Below the pieces are notes generated by a model, which searched no databases, was not told the origin of the DNA, and was given only the letters and a program-made list of their open reading frames with translations. The position numbers and the translations under genes are program-made. 64,000 nucleotides of DNA from a virus (taxonomy: Duplodnaviria; Caudoviricetes): IMG/VR virus record IMGVR_UViG_3300006155_000002; one strand, 5' to 3'. Positions 1-8,510 of the stretch are shown piece by piece (the first letter of the stretch is position 1; every line of letters begins with the position of its first letter).

Positions 1-69
1 GTTAGTACCCTCTGAGAAACCGGAGCGTGGGAAAGCTCATGAGGTTACAAGGAGGTACTGTAACAACCT
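1..69 (+). ncRNA. Probable 3' end (spacer) of the DGR template RNA; the TR itself lies upstream of the window
   Basis: Non-coding sequence directly upstream of a DGR-type RT; TTAGTAC...GGAAAG resembles the segment between TR and RT in Firmicutes phage DGRs; ends with the RT SD (AAGGAGG). Confidence 0.4.
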
Positions 70-1185
70 ATGAAACGAACGAACAATTTGTACGAAAAAC
101 TAATTTCGGATGACAATCTGATGCTTGCCCTTACAGAAGTGAATGCAAGCCACAGGTGGCTTCCGAAGCACAGACCAAATAAGACAGTAGCTTGGGTAGA
201 GCAGGATATGGAAGCGCGTGTGATAGAGCTGCGTACTATCATCGAGCAAATCGTATACCATAAGCGCCAGCTTTCCAAACCAAAGCAGAAGCACCGTTAC
301 GATAAAAGCGCAGGCAAATGGCGCATTATCAATGAGCCGAAGCTGTGGCCGGATCAATACATCCACCATGCACTCGTTCAAGTGCTTCAACCGACAATGA
401 TGCGCGGTATGGATCGGCATTGCTGCGGGAGTATTCGCAATCGCGGTATTCACTACGGCAAGAAGAAAATCGAGAAGTGGATGGACACAGATGTGAAGGG
501 CACCAAATACTGCGAAGAACTCGACATTCATCATTTCTATGATAGTATTGACCCGAAGTTCATTATGGCTCGACTGAAATGTCTCATCAAGGATTGGCGC
601 GTATTGAAAGTATGTGAGGAAATCTTACGATATGGCGTTCTGATCGGCCTGTACACATCGCAATGGTTCGCCAATACATTGTTGCAACCACTCGACCAAC
701 TCGTCAGAGACAGCGGACTCTGCACACACTATCTCAGATATATGGACAACTTCACAATATTTGGAAGCAACAAGAGGAAGCTGCACCGCCTGAGAAAGCT
801 AATTGAAGAATGGCTTGCAAGTGTGAGCCTGGCATTAAAGGGTAACTGGCAGGTGTTCCCGACAAAGAAACGTATGCCATGCGCATTGGGATACCGATTC
901 GGCAGAGGATACACACTGCTTAAAAAGAGGAATCTGTTCCGCCTTAAGCGAAAGCTGAATGAATACTATCGCCGAAAAAGGCAACACAGGAAAATATCCT
1001 CCAGAATGGCAACCGGTCTGATTTCCAGACTCGGACAACTCAAGCACTGTAACAACCGAAATATCTATGAAAAAATCTATCACGGCAAAGTTCAAAAAGA
1101 GCTGAAGCAGGTGATCCGAAATAATATGCGAGAGGAGAGATTAACGTGGAGTATGTATTTGGAGCAGACGGCTATAGCGGCGTAG
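70..1185 (+). CDS. Reverse transcriptase, diversity-generating retroelement (DGR) type
   Basis: 371 aa; motifs KWRIINEP, DQYIHHALVQVL, ELDIHHFYDSI, GVLIGLYTSQWFAN, YLRYMDNF, LGYRF; no maturase/endonuclease extension; located in the phage tail region. Confidence 0.9.
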   Translation: MKRTNNLYEKLISDDNLMLALTEVNASHRWLPKHRPNKTVAWVEQDMEARVIELRTIIEQIVYHKRQLSKPKQKHRYDKSAGKWRIINEPKLWPDQYIHHALVQVLQPTMMRGMDRHCCGSIRNRGIHYGKKKIEKWMDTDVKGTKYCEELDIHHFYDSIDPKFIMARLKCLIKDWRVLKVCEEILRYGVLIGLYTSQWFANTLLQPLDQLVRDSGLCTHYLRYMDNFTIFGSNKRKLHRLRKLIEEWLASVSLALKGNWQVFPTKKRMPCALGYRFGRGYTLLKKRNLFRLKRKLNEYYRRKRQHRKISSRMATGLISRLGQLKHCNNRNIYEKIYHGKVQKELKQVIRNNMREERLTWSMYLEQTAIAA

Positions 1186-1430
1186 AGATTCTCCGTACCA
1201 AAGGAGACGAGCACACCGATTTTGTTGGGTTTGCTGAGACAGTACAGGAGTACGATGACAGTACAATTACCGACACTTTTCACGTTGTCCGTAAAACAAA
1301 GTCCGATGAAGACGATGAGGGCAACTGCTATGATTGGTATGAGATTGACCACCACAATCGCGTCGTTGATAAAACAAAGCGCTTGAAGGCGAATATGGCC
1401 GTATTGGTGGCATCTATTTTGGAGGGCTAA
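1146..1430 (+). CDS. Hypothetical protein overlapping the RT 3' end
   Basis: GAGGAG SD + GTG start; acidic 94 aa with CYDWYEID motif. Confidence 0.7.
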   Translation: MEYVFGADGYSGVEILRTKGDEHTDFVGFAETVQEYDDSTITDTFHVVRKTKSDEDDEGNCYDWYEIDHHNRVVDKTKRLKANMAVLVASILEG

Positions 1431-1433
1431 CAT

Positions 1434-2027
1434 ATGGACAAACAATATATTTCACAACTCTATCAGGATGGCGGTCTGACAAATGTTGGCGTTCTTCAGG
1501 CCATTACTATGGGATGGATCACTACAGATGATGCCGTTGATATTCTTGGCACCGATAATTCTTTTGGCGTCATTCGTTCCGCAAAGCTTTTGGAAATCTC
1601 CAAAGCTTGTAATAATGTGATTGTGTCCGGCGTCGATGTGCCAATTGGAGACCGCATTGACCATTTTAATCTGGCATTGGAGGATCAGAGCAACATCAAC
1701 AACCTGTTCCGCGTTGTGGAGCTGGGCGGCACAGAGTTTCCATATCAGGCAGATGATGGAACCTGTACTGTCTATTCCGCTATGGAAATTGCTCAAATCT
1801 ACATTGCTGCACAGACACTTATCACCACGCAGACATCTTACCACAATGCGCTGAAGTCCTATATCCTGTCTCTGGAGGACGAGGGGAGTATTTCCGCTGT
1901 GGTTTATGGCATGGAATTGCCTGAGCCATATGCTTCAGAGCTTGCGTCCAAGCTCGCGGTGGCACAGGTACAGATGTCTGCTATCGTTGGGAGGTTGAAG
2001 GAAAATGCGGCTGCCGCAACTGATTGA
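1434..2027 (+). CDS. DUF4376-like phage tail-associated protein
   Basis: GGAGG SD; KLLEISKACNNVIVSGVDV...HFNLALEDQSNI...PYQADDG pattern. Confidence 0.7.
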   Translation: MDKQYISQLYQDGGLTNVGVLQAITMGWITTDDAVDILGTDNSFGVIRSAKLLEISKACNNVIVSGVDVPIGDRIDHFNLALEDQSNINNLFRVVELGGTEFPYQADDGTCTVYSAMEIAQIYIAAQTLITTQTSYHNALKSYILSLEDEGSISAVVYGMELPEPYASELASKLAVAQVQMSAIVGRLKENAAAATD

Positions 2028-2187
2028 CCTGCTAATTGATGTTTGCAAACGACAGGCAGATGTAATCCGGGCACAGGCGTTTGCATTGAGTCAATATGAT
2101 GCTGCTGTGTGCGAAGAAGAAGCAGAGTGGGCACGACGCAAACTGGATGAAATATGTGACGATTGGGAACCTGATGTGCCATGGTAA
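2005..2187 (+). CDS. Small hypothetical protein
   Basis: Overlaps neighbours at both ends; GGAGG upstream. Confidence 0.5.
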   Translation: MRLPQLIDLLIDVCKRQADVIRAQAFALSQYDAAVCEEEAEWARRKLDEICDDWEPDVPW

Positions 2188-2630
2188 ATAACAAAATTGG
2201 AAAGTGGGTTTTGAGCGTGCTTCTGTGGGTGTGGACAGGCACGCTCTATTTCTTTATTGAAGTGGCCTGGAAAACAGCAGGAAGCAAGCCAGAGGCCATT
2301 AGTTGGACAATGCTTCTTCTCGCTATTTTCCTTGCTGTTCCACTCGAACGCTGTGGAGCAGAACTTCCATGGAATATGCCGTTAATCACACAGGCGGCTA
2401 TTTGCACAGTTGCTATTACTGTGGCCGAGTTCTGTGCCGGGTGTATCTTGAACCTGTGGCTTGGTCTTGGTGTATGGGACTACTCACACATGGCTGGCAA
2501 CATACTCGGACAGATTTGCCCGCAGTTTATGCTGGCATGGCTGGCTTTGTCAATGGTAGCCATCGTTATGTTGGACTGGCTACGGTATAGCGTCGAAGGC
2601 GGAGAGCGGCCACATTACACACTGATCTAA
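2181..2630 (+). CDS. Multi-pass membrane protein (putative ABC-transporter permease type IV/CmpB-like family)
   Basis: Four hydrophobic segments; WDYS...NILGQICP motif. Confidence 0.75.
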   Translation: MVNNKIGKWVLSVLLWVWTGTLYFFIEVAWKTAGSKPEAISWTMLLLAIFLAVPLERCGAELPWNMPLITQAAICTVAITVAEFCAGCILNLWLGLGVWDYSHMAGNILGQICPQFMLAWLALSMVAIVMLDWLRYSVEGGERPHYTLI

Positions 2631-2695
2631 AGGATCTGAGGGTCGTGCTTGGTTTGCATGGCCCTCTATACATAAAAGCGAAAGGAGGAGTTTCA

Positions 2696-3718
2696 GTGGG
2701 TAGAAAAACGAATCGTTGTCTGACGGCGCCGCAAGAGAAGATCGAGCAGATCAACCCTGAGAATATCAGGCTGATGAATGATTTTATCATGTATCTGCGC
2801 TCTGTGGATAGGTCTGAACAGACCATCGTAGTCTACAAGAACGATTTGCTGATCTTCTTCTGTTGGGTTGTAGACAACGCAAACAACAAGTTCTTCACTG
2901 AGATTTCAAAACGAGACATTATGGCTTTCCAGAACTACGCATTGGAGCAGGGCTGCTCCGCGAGCCGTGTCCGCCATTTGAAGGCCGCTCTGTCCTCTCT
3001 GTCAAACCTGATTACCAATATTCTGGACGACGAGTATCCAGATTACCGTCCGGTGGTTCGGAAGATTGAAAACCCGGTCAATGAACCTGTGCGGAAAAAG
3101 ACTGTGTTGACGAAAGAGCAGATTCAAGGATGCCTTGACTATTTGGTCGGGCACAGGAAGTATGAACAGGCGTGTTTTCTTGCGCTTGCCGCATACTCCG
3201 GCAGACGAAAATCTGAACTGAGCCGATTCAAGGCATCATACTTTACTGATGACAACATCATCTATGGTTCGCTCTATAAAACGCCGGAGAAAATTAAAAC
3301 CAAAGGCCGTGGCAAGAGCGGAAAGATGCTGACTTGCTATGTTCTGGCAAAACCCTTCAAGCCATATTTGGAGCTTTGGATGCAGGAGCGAGAGAAGAAA
3401 GGTATCGACAGCGAATGGCTGTTTACTGATGTCCACGATAGAACAAAACCCATCTCTGTTTCTCGGATGAATAGCTTTGCTCGAACATTCTCAAACATCA
3501 TTGGAGAGGATGTCTATCTTCATTCTCTACGGCACTTTATGACGAGTGAACTGGCAAGGGCTAATATTCCGGATTCTGTGATTCAGTCTCTGATTGGATG
3601 GGATTCGGCAGATATGGTTGGAGTGTATAAGGACATTGATGCCGATGAGGAGTTCGGCAAATATTTCAAGGATGGAGAGATTGTCGCACAAAAACAGGCA
3701 GACCTTGGAGACCTGTAA
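2696..3718 (+). CDS. Tyrosine recombinase (XerC/D-like)
   Basis: AAAGGAGG SD + GTG at 2696; catalytic residues SGRRKSEL (R), HSLRH (H-x-x-R), IGW (W), GVY (Y). Confidence 0.9.
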   Translation: MGRKTNRCLTAPQEKIEQINPENIRLMNDFIMYLRSVDRSEQTIVVYKNDLLIFFCWVVDNANNKFFTEISKRDIMAFQNYALEQGCSASRVRHLKAALSSLSNLITNILDDEYPDYRPVVRKIENPVNEPVRKKTVLTKEQIQGCLDYLVGHRKYEQACFLALAAYSGRRKSELSRFKASYFTDDNIIYGSLYKTPEKIKTKGRGKSGKMLTCYVLAKPFKPYLELWMQEREKKGIDSEWLFTDVHDRTKPISVSRMNSFARTFSNIIGEDVYLHSLRHFMTSELARANIPDSVIQSLIGWDSADMVGVYKDIDADEEFGKYFKDGEIVAQKQADLGDL

Positions 3719-3842
3719 TATGTTGCTTCCGCTATAGGCGGGGCGGGTTGCGACCCTCCCCTGCACCCCTCCCATAGGGGGTTGAAGGAGGCGGCGACAG
3801 CCGTAGAAAATAAAAGAGACGTTATAAGGAGGAATGAATGAC

Positions 3843-4748
3843 ATGAAATACAGCAATACAAATCCACCGCTTCAGTGTTTCATTCGTCAGAGTTCCTGGT
3901 ATCAGCGTGCCGGGAAAGTAAAGGTAAAAGGAGTGCTGTGGCACTCTACTGGCGCTGCTAACACAACGCTAAAGCGTTACGTTCAGCCGGATGACAATGA
4001 CCCAAACAGGAGCAAGCTGCTTGAGCTCATTGGCGTCAATAAGAATAACAACTCCTGGAATCGCCCTGGTCTGAATGTAGGTGTTCATGCCTTCATAGGA
4101 CAACTCGCCAGTGGTGAGGTTACTACCATTCAGACAGGAGATTGGGATAAAGAAGCATGGGGCTGCGGTCCAGGCAAAATTGGTTCTTGTAACAACGGGT
4201 GGATTCAGTTTGAAATCTGTGAGGACAAACTGGATGACCCTGTTTATTTTGAAAAGATTTATCGTGAGGGTGTGGAACTGACAGCGTATCTGTGCAAGCT
4301 CTATAACCTCGATCCGCAAGGCACAGTCACATACTGCGGCGTACAAGTTCCTGTTATCCTGTGCCACCAAGACAGCAACCGTCTTGGCCTGGGTTCTGCC
4401 CATGCCGATGTACTGCACTGGCTGCCGAAGTATGGCAAAAGTATGCAGACCGTTCGTGATGATGTCTCCGCTTTGCTGGCGGGGGCGAACAACAATAAGG
4501 AGGAGGATGATGACATGGATGTGGCACGTTTCAAGGAGCTTTACAACGAAATGCGCAGCGAGCTCCAGGACAATGACAGCGGTAAGTGGAGCGAGGAGGC
4601 CCGTGTCTGGGCAACTTCCACCGGCCTGATTGCCGGTGACGGCACAGAGGTAAACGGCGAACCCAATTATATGTGGGCTGATGTCCTCACTCGGGAACAG
4701 TTCGTGACTGTATTGTATCGCTTCGCAAAGAAGATGGGGATGGTCTAA
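3843..4748 (+). CDS. Endolysin, N-acetylmuramoyl-L-alanine amidase with C-terminal SLH-like domain
   Basis: LWHSTGA, VHAFIG, IQFEICED, CHQD, HADV amidase_2 motifs; C-terminal WSEEARVWA...GLIAG...TREQFVTVLYRF. Confidence 0.9.
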   Translation: MKYSNTNPPLQCFIRQSSWYQRAGKVKVKGVLWHSTGAANTTLKRYVQPDDNDPNRSKLLELIGVNKNNNSWNRPGLNVGVHAFIGQLASGEVTTIQTGDWDKEAWGCGPGKIGSCNNGWIQFEICEDKLDDPVYFEKIYREGVELTAYLCKLYNLDPQGTVTYCGVQVPVILCHQDSNRLGLGSAHADVLHWLPKYGKSMQTVRDDVSALLAGANNNKEEDDDMDVARFKELYNEMRSELQDNDSGKWSEEARVWATSTGLIAGDGTEVNGEPNYMWADVLTREQFVTVLYRFAKKMGMV

Positions 4749-4751
4749 GCC

Positions 4752-5111
4752 ATGACCATCAAGATTGAGCGTAGCCATAAGAAGACCCGGCGGCGCACAA
4801 AGAAGCGTCAGGGCATTGGATTTACTAACCTCTTTGCCCTGCTCCTCATACTGCTTCTTCTGCTGGGTCTGGCGGGCGGATTCATCCTCGCATGGAGGAG
4901 CATTGAGTACCAGTACATGGGTGCCCTCGCTTGCTTCACTGTGGTGTTCACGCCAATCGGAACAGCTATCGGCATCGTGCTGAACAGCATCGTTCGCAAG
5001 AGTGAGGCTGAAAATACTGGCGCTGACGGCGAGGGAATCAAGTACGCTGCTGCAAAAGCGGCTGGATTTACACAAACGGATGCGGTGGTAGAGGATAGCC
5101 CCGCAATCTGA
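4752..5111 (+). CDS. Two-TM membrane protein of the lysis cassette
   Basis: Basic N-terminus, two hydrophobic helices, KSEAENT motif; directly after the endolysin. Confidence 0.7.
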   Translation: MTIKIERSHKKTRRRTKKRQGIGFTNLFALLLILLLLLGLAGGFILAWRSIEYQYMGALACFTVVFTPIGTAIGIVLNSIVRKSEAENTGADGEGIKYAAAKAAGFTQTDAVVEDSPAI

Positions 5112-5125
5112 GAGGAGGTATAAAT

Positions 5126-5458
5126 ATGGAGTGGCTGCAACTGATTGCGTCAATCTTTGCCGGTCTGATTACCGCTATTCCTCTGGCTATTAAGCTGGTT
5201 GAGTATGTCAAGAAGGCCGTGAAGGAGAAGAACTGGGGCAAGGTTCTTGACATGGTTATGAAGTACATGGCTACTGCCGAGGAGAAGTTCGACAATGGTG
5301 CCGACCGTAAGGAATGGGTTCTCGCCATGGTCAAGGCTTCTGCCGACACTGTTGATTACGACATCAACATAGAGGAAATCAGCAAGCTCATCGATGACCT
5401 GTGCAAGATGAGCAAAAAGGTCAACGCACCTACTGAAACGGAGAAGGCAGGTGAGTGA
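5126..5458 (+). CDS. Putative holin (LL-H-like)
   Basis: GGAGG SD; N-terminal TM; AEEKF..GADRKEWV motif. Confidence 0.75.
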   Translation: MEWLQLIASIFAGLITAIPLAIKLVEYVKKAVKEKNWGKVLDMVMKYMATAEEKFDNGADRKEWVLAMVKASADTVDYDINIEEISKLIDDLCKMSKKVNAPTETEKAGE

Positions 5459-6009
5459 CCGTGAGTGTTCATGAAATCCTTGTGAATGGTGGCGGGGCGC
5501 TGGTTATCCTGATGACACTGGTGCAGATTGCACCCATCAAGGTAAACCCGTGGTCTGCCATCGGCAAAGTAATTAAGGCCATTTGGAAGGCTGTGGGCAA
5601 AGCATTTAACGGCGATGTGATTGAGCGGCTGGACAGGATAGAGGCGACCCAGATTGAAACACAGAAGAGGCTCGACCAGATAGAGTCCGCTCAATCAGAA
5701 GCAAAGGAGCGTCTTGATAAGATTGAGGAGGCACAAACCGAGACAAAAGAGCGCCTTGGAACCCATATCCGTATCGATGACGAGCGAAATGCCGATATGC
5801 ACCGAGCCAGCATCCTCCGGTTCAACGAGGAGTTGATTGGTGACCTACCGCATACGGAGGAGCACTTTAACGAGGTTCTCTACAACATTGATTGCTATGA
5901 GAGATACTGTGAAGCGCATCCAGAGTATCCAAACAATCGCGCTGTTCGTGCCATCAAGAACATCAAGCGTGTTTATGATGAGCGTATGGAGAAGCACGAT
6001 TTTCTGTGA
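5455..6009 (+). CDS. Holin-associated membrane/coiled-coil protein
   Basis: LVQIAPIKVNPWS and ILRFNEEL...HTEEHF...YERYC..HPEY.N motifs; GTGA overlap with the holin. Confidence 0.75.
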   Translation: MTVSVHEILVNGGGALVILMTLVQIAPIKVNPWSAIGKVIKAIWKAVGKAFNGDVIERLDRIEATQIETQKRLDQIESAQSEAKERLDKIEEAQTETKERLGTHIRIDDERNADMHRASILRFNEELIGDLPHTEEHFNEVLYNIDCYERYCEAHPEYPNNRAVRAIKNIKRVYDERMEKHDFL

Positions 6010-6020
6010 AGCTATTAAAC

Positions 6021-6067
6021 AAAAAATAGGAGAGTTACTTGCATTGCAGGTAGCTCTCCTTTTTTTA
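6021..6067. terminator. Bidirectional intrinsic terminator between convergent late and early regions
   Basis: AAAAAA-T-AGGAGAGTTACTTGCA/TGCAGGTAGCTCTCCT stem followed by a T run. Confidence 0.85.
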
Positions 6068-6084
6068 CGCGGCATTCTTTGATG

Positions 6085-6375
6085 TTATTCTTCCATAAAG
6101 TCTTCGAGTTCTTTAAGCCACTTGATATTTTCCTTAGTAACTTTGTGCAATATATATTCTCCGTCGTAATATCCCGTGTCACAGTCTTTCGGCCTATAGA
6201 TATATACGCCACTCGAAACCCGCTTTACATTAGGCTTCGCAGCGGCATCGAGTAACGCACTTGATATGCTTTCGATTGCTTTTCGTTTAGTCTGAAAGGA
6301 CACTCGCCCGCCGTCGTCGAATATGTCTACCCACAAACCTTCGTCGTTGACTGCCACCCACTCTCCGATCTTCAT
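6085..6375 (-). CDS. Hypothetical protein
   Basis: 96 aa ORF with GGGGG SD; sigmaA-like TTTACA-17-TACAAT upstream. Confidence 0.65.
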   Translation of the reverse strand: MKIGEWVAVNDEGLWVDIFDDGGRVSFQTKRKAIESISSALLDAAAKPNVKRVSSGVYIYRPKDCDTGYYDGEYILHKVTKENIKWLKELEDFMEE

Positions 6376-6521
6376 TCCAATTCCCCCAATCTTTTTAATA
6401 TGAACACTTACAACATCATTGATGGATTGTATCGAATATCAGTGCTCTTGTAAATGAACATTTATATGTATTCGCCTCAAATGCACGATTTGAGACGACG
6501 ATGAAATAGATGACAAATCCA

Positions 6522-6565
6522 TTGTATGTTGATTGTTACGCCAAAGCAATACAATCAGACTACAA
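6522..6565. other. Candidate attP site of the serine integrase
   Basis: Imperfect inverted repeat TTGTATGTTGATTGT-14 bp-ACAATCAGACTACAA (12/15 match) ending 3 bp from the integrase stop. Confidence 0.55.
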
Positions 6566-6568
6566 CGA

Positions 6569-8080
6569 TTAAATCTTCCATGTAATTTCAACCTGTTCCT
6601 CATCTACTTTGATATTGTCAATGAGGGTATCTACGACAACCAGCTTGTCGCTAATACTGATTTTATTCCATTGCTGCAAATAGTCTCTGACTGTCCCTAC
6701 ATCTTTTCTGCCGTAAATGTCAGCAGACATTTCGGCAATTTCTTTTTTCAAAGAAGTTTTCTCTGAATCCAATTCTTCTATCTTACGATTGATGTATTCC
6801 ATCGTGGCTGCATTAGCAGAAAGAATTCGTTCCACGAGGATATTTATCTCGTGCTCAATCTGATCCACTCTCACTTTCTTTTTGGTGACCTCTATGCTGT
6901 CATCAACTTTTTCGTGCATTTGAAGCTCATTAAACTCAGCAAGTTTCTTTTGCATTTCAATGAACACGATGTCCTCTATTTTGTCTGCTTGAATAGAGCC
7001 GATACCGTCACACAGCATAGTGACGTACTTTCTTGCACACACATAATATCTCGCGTTTTCTGTGCGCTTTCTTTTGTAGTCTCTGAGCGATAGCGCATAT
7101 CCACATTTTCGGCATTTTATCTTTCCGGCGAGCCATGTATTTTTGGCCTTAACTGGTTTTGCTATCTGTCTCACATTAAGGCATTTTCTTCGACACTGAA
7201 GCCATAATGTAGAGTCGATACATCCTTCATGTGGTGCCAAAACCGCAATGTGTCCTTCCAATGAAACCGACTTTCGTTTATCTGCATCCTCACCAGTATA
7301 AAGGTACACTCCATTTGAACCTATGAACTGGGATATGTCATTGACGACAACGGCACCTTGACTTTGAAAGAACTCATAGATCGTATCGTCCGCTCTTAGA
7401 TATATAGGGTTCACAATAATGTCCCGCAAACGTGTCCTGCTGAAACCATCGCCATCACGATTCCGTATCCCATGGTCGAGTAGATATCGCATTACATCAG
7501 AGAAGGATGTTTGAGGGTCTGCGTACAGAGAATAGATTAGTCTCACGACTTCAATTTCTGTGGGAATTGGTTCATACATACTTGTCTTAATTCCATCTAT
7601 CACAGTATCTTTAAGCTGAAATCCATATGGCATTCGTCCACCCATGTAAAAACCCTTACGACTTCTGGAGCGGTATGCGTCTACTACACGTTGCTGTATC
7701 GTCTCGCGTTCAAGCTGTGCAAAGATCATGACGATCATCAGCATGGCCTTGCCTATTGGTGTCGATGTATCAAACCTCTCTGTCACCGACACAAATTCTA
7801 CACCGTACTTCTGAAATTCGTTGATAAGCTCCGCAAAGTCAAGCACCGAACGACTGATACGGTCAAGCCTGTATACGATAACTCGCGTTGTGTCGCCAGC
7901 TCTAATGCGATCCATCATGCGTTTGAAATCTGGTCTGTCTGTGTTTTTACCACTGTAGCCTTTATCCGAAAACTTCATGTACTCTGGTGAGGTTACTTCT
8001 TTCTCGCAAAGTTCAATTTGGCTTTCGACAGAGATACTGTCTTCGCGTTCTACTGACTGTCTTGCGTAAATAAAATCCAT
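6569..8080 (-). CDS. Large serine recombinase (integrase)
   Basis: YARQS catalytic motif, DKGYSG, VYRLDRISRS, LERETIQQR, recombinase domain, Zn ribbon (CRKCG...YYVC...C), coiled coil. Confidence 0.95.
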   Translation of the reverse strand: MDFIYARQSVEREDSISVESQIELCEKEVTSPEYMKFSDKGYSGKNTDRPDFKRMMDRIRAGDTTRVIVYRLDRISRSVLDFAELINEFQKYGVEFVSVTERFDTSTPIGKAMLMIVMIFAQLERETIQQRVVDAYRSRSRKGFYMGGRMPYGFQLKDTVIDGIKTSMYEPIPTEIEVVRLIYSLYADPQTSFSDVMRYLLDHGIRNRDGDGFSRTRLRDIIVNPIYLRADDTIYEFFQSQGAVVVNDISQFIGSNGVYLYTGEDADKRKSVSLEGHIAVLAPHEGCIDSTLWLQCRRKCLNVRQIAKPVKAKNTWLAGKIKCRKCGYALSLRDYKRKRTENARYYVCARKYVTMLCDGIGSIQADKIEDIVFIEMQKKLAEFNELQMHEKVDDSIEVTKKKVRVDQIEHEINILVERILSANAATMEYINRKIEELDSEKTSLKKEIAEMSADIYGRKDVGTVRDYLQQWNKISISDKLVVVDTLIDNIKVDEEQVEITWKI

Positions 8081-8103
8081 GTTTTGTACTCCCTTTCTGT
8101 TCT

Positions 8104-8154
8104 AAAAAAAAGCAGAGCCCCATCCAAAGAAGGATGGCAGCTCTGCTATTTTTT
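8104..8154. terminator. Hairpin/terminator directly upstream of the integrase RBS
   Basis: A-run, AGCAGAGC..CATCC/GGATG..GCTCTGCT stem, T-run. Confidence 0.7.
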
Positions 8155-8323
8155 ACGATGGTTGGTATTTGCTAAAGATGGAGTAGAGACGATCTTCGAT
8201 TTCACGTTTTTGCTCGTCTCTATCATCTTTATGTATATTGGGAGTATTGTTCACAACTGTGAAAATTGAGCCACAGTGATTAACGAGGTGCTGATCTGTG
8301 ATATACCTTGAGATAAGGATCAC
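8153..8323 (-). CDS. Small protein upstream of the integrase, candidate recombination directionality factor
   Basis: FTVVNNTP...EQKREIEDRLYSIFSKY resembles small proteins preceding clostridial serine recombinases; start codon uncertain. Confidence 0.5.
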   Translation of the reverse strand: MILISRYITDQHLVNHCGSIFTVVNNTPNIHKDDRDEQKREIEDRLYSIFSKYQPS

Positions 8324-8324
8324 C

Positions 8325-8495
8325 TCAATCCAAAAACAGAAGGACAAGATTGACTGCAATAGGAACCCAAAATGGTGCTAACACCAACAGCCAACTCCAT
8401 TTGATAATACCCAGCAGTTTTAGCACAACGAATATGATAGTTAAGACTTGAAGGAAACTGAGGCCGCCTTGGTTATTGTTGTTACTATATGTCAT
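8325..8495 (-). CDS. Small membrane protein (transmembrane Fragile-X-F-like phage family)
   Basis: LTIIFVVLKLLGIIKWSWLLVLAPFW motif. Confidence 0.75.
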   Translation of the reverse strand: MTYSNNNNQGGLSFLQVLTIIFVVLKLLGIIKWSWLLVLAPFWVPIAVNLVLLFLD

Positions 8496-8510
8496 ACCAC
8501 ACCTATCCAA

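Noticed and set aside
70-1185. RT as a group II intron or retron RT
   Set aside because: No maturase/endonuclease extension, no domain V/VI after the ORF, and no retron VTG motif; size, motifs and tail-region context fit a DGR.
3969-5153. 394-aa - strand ORF
   Set aside because: Antisense shadow of the endolysin and membrane genes, with no SD or motifs.
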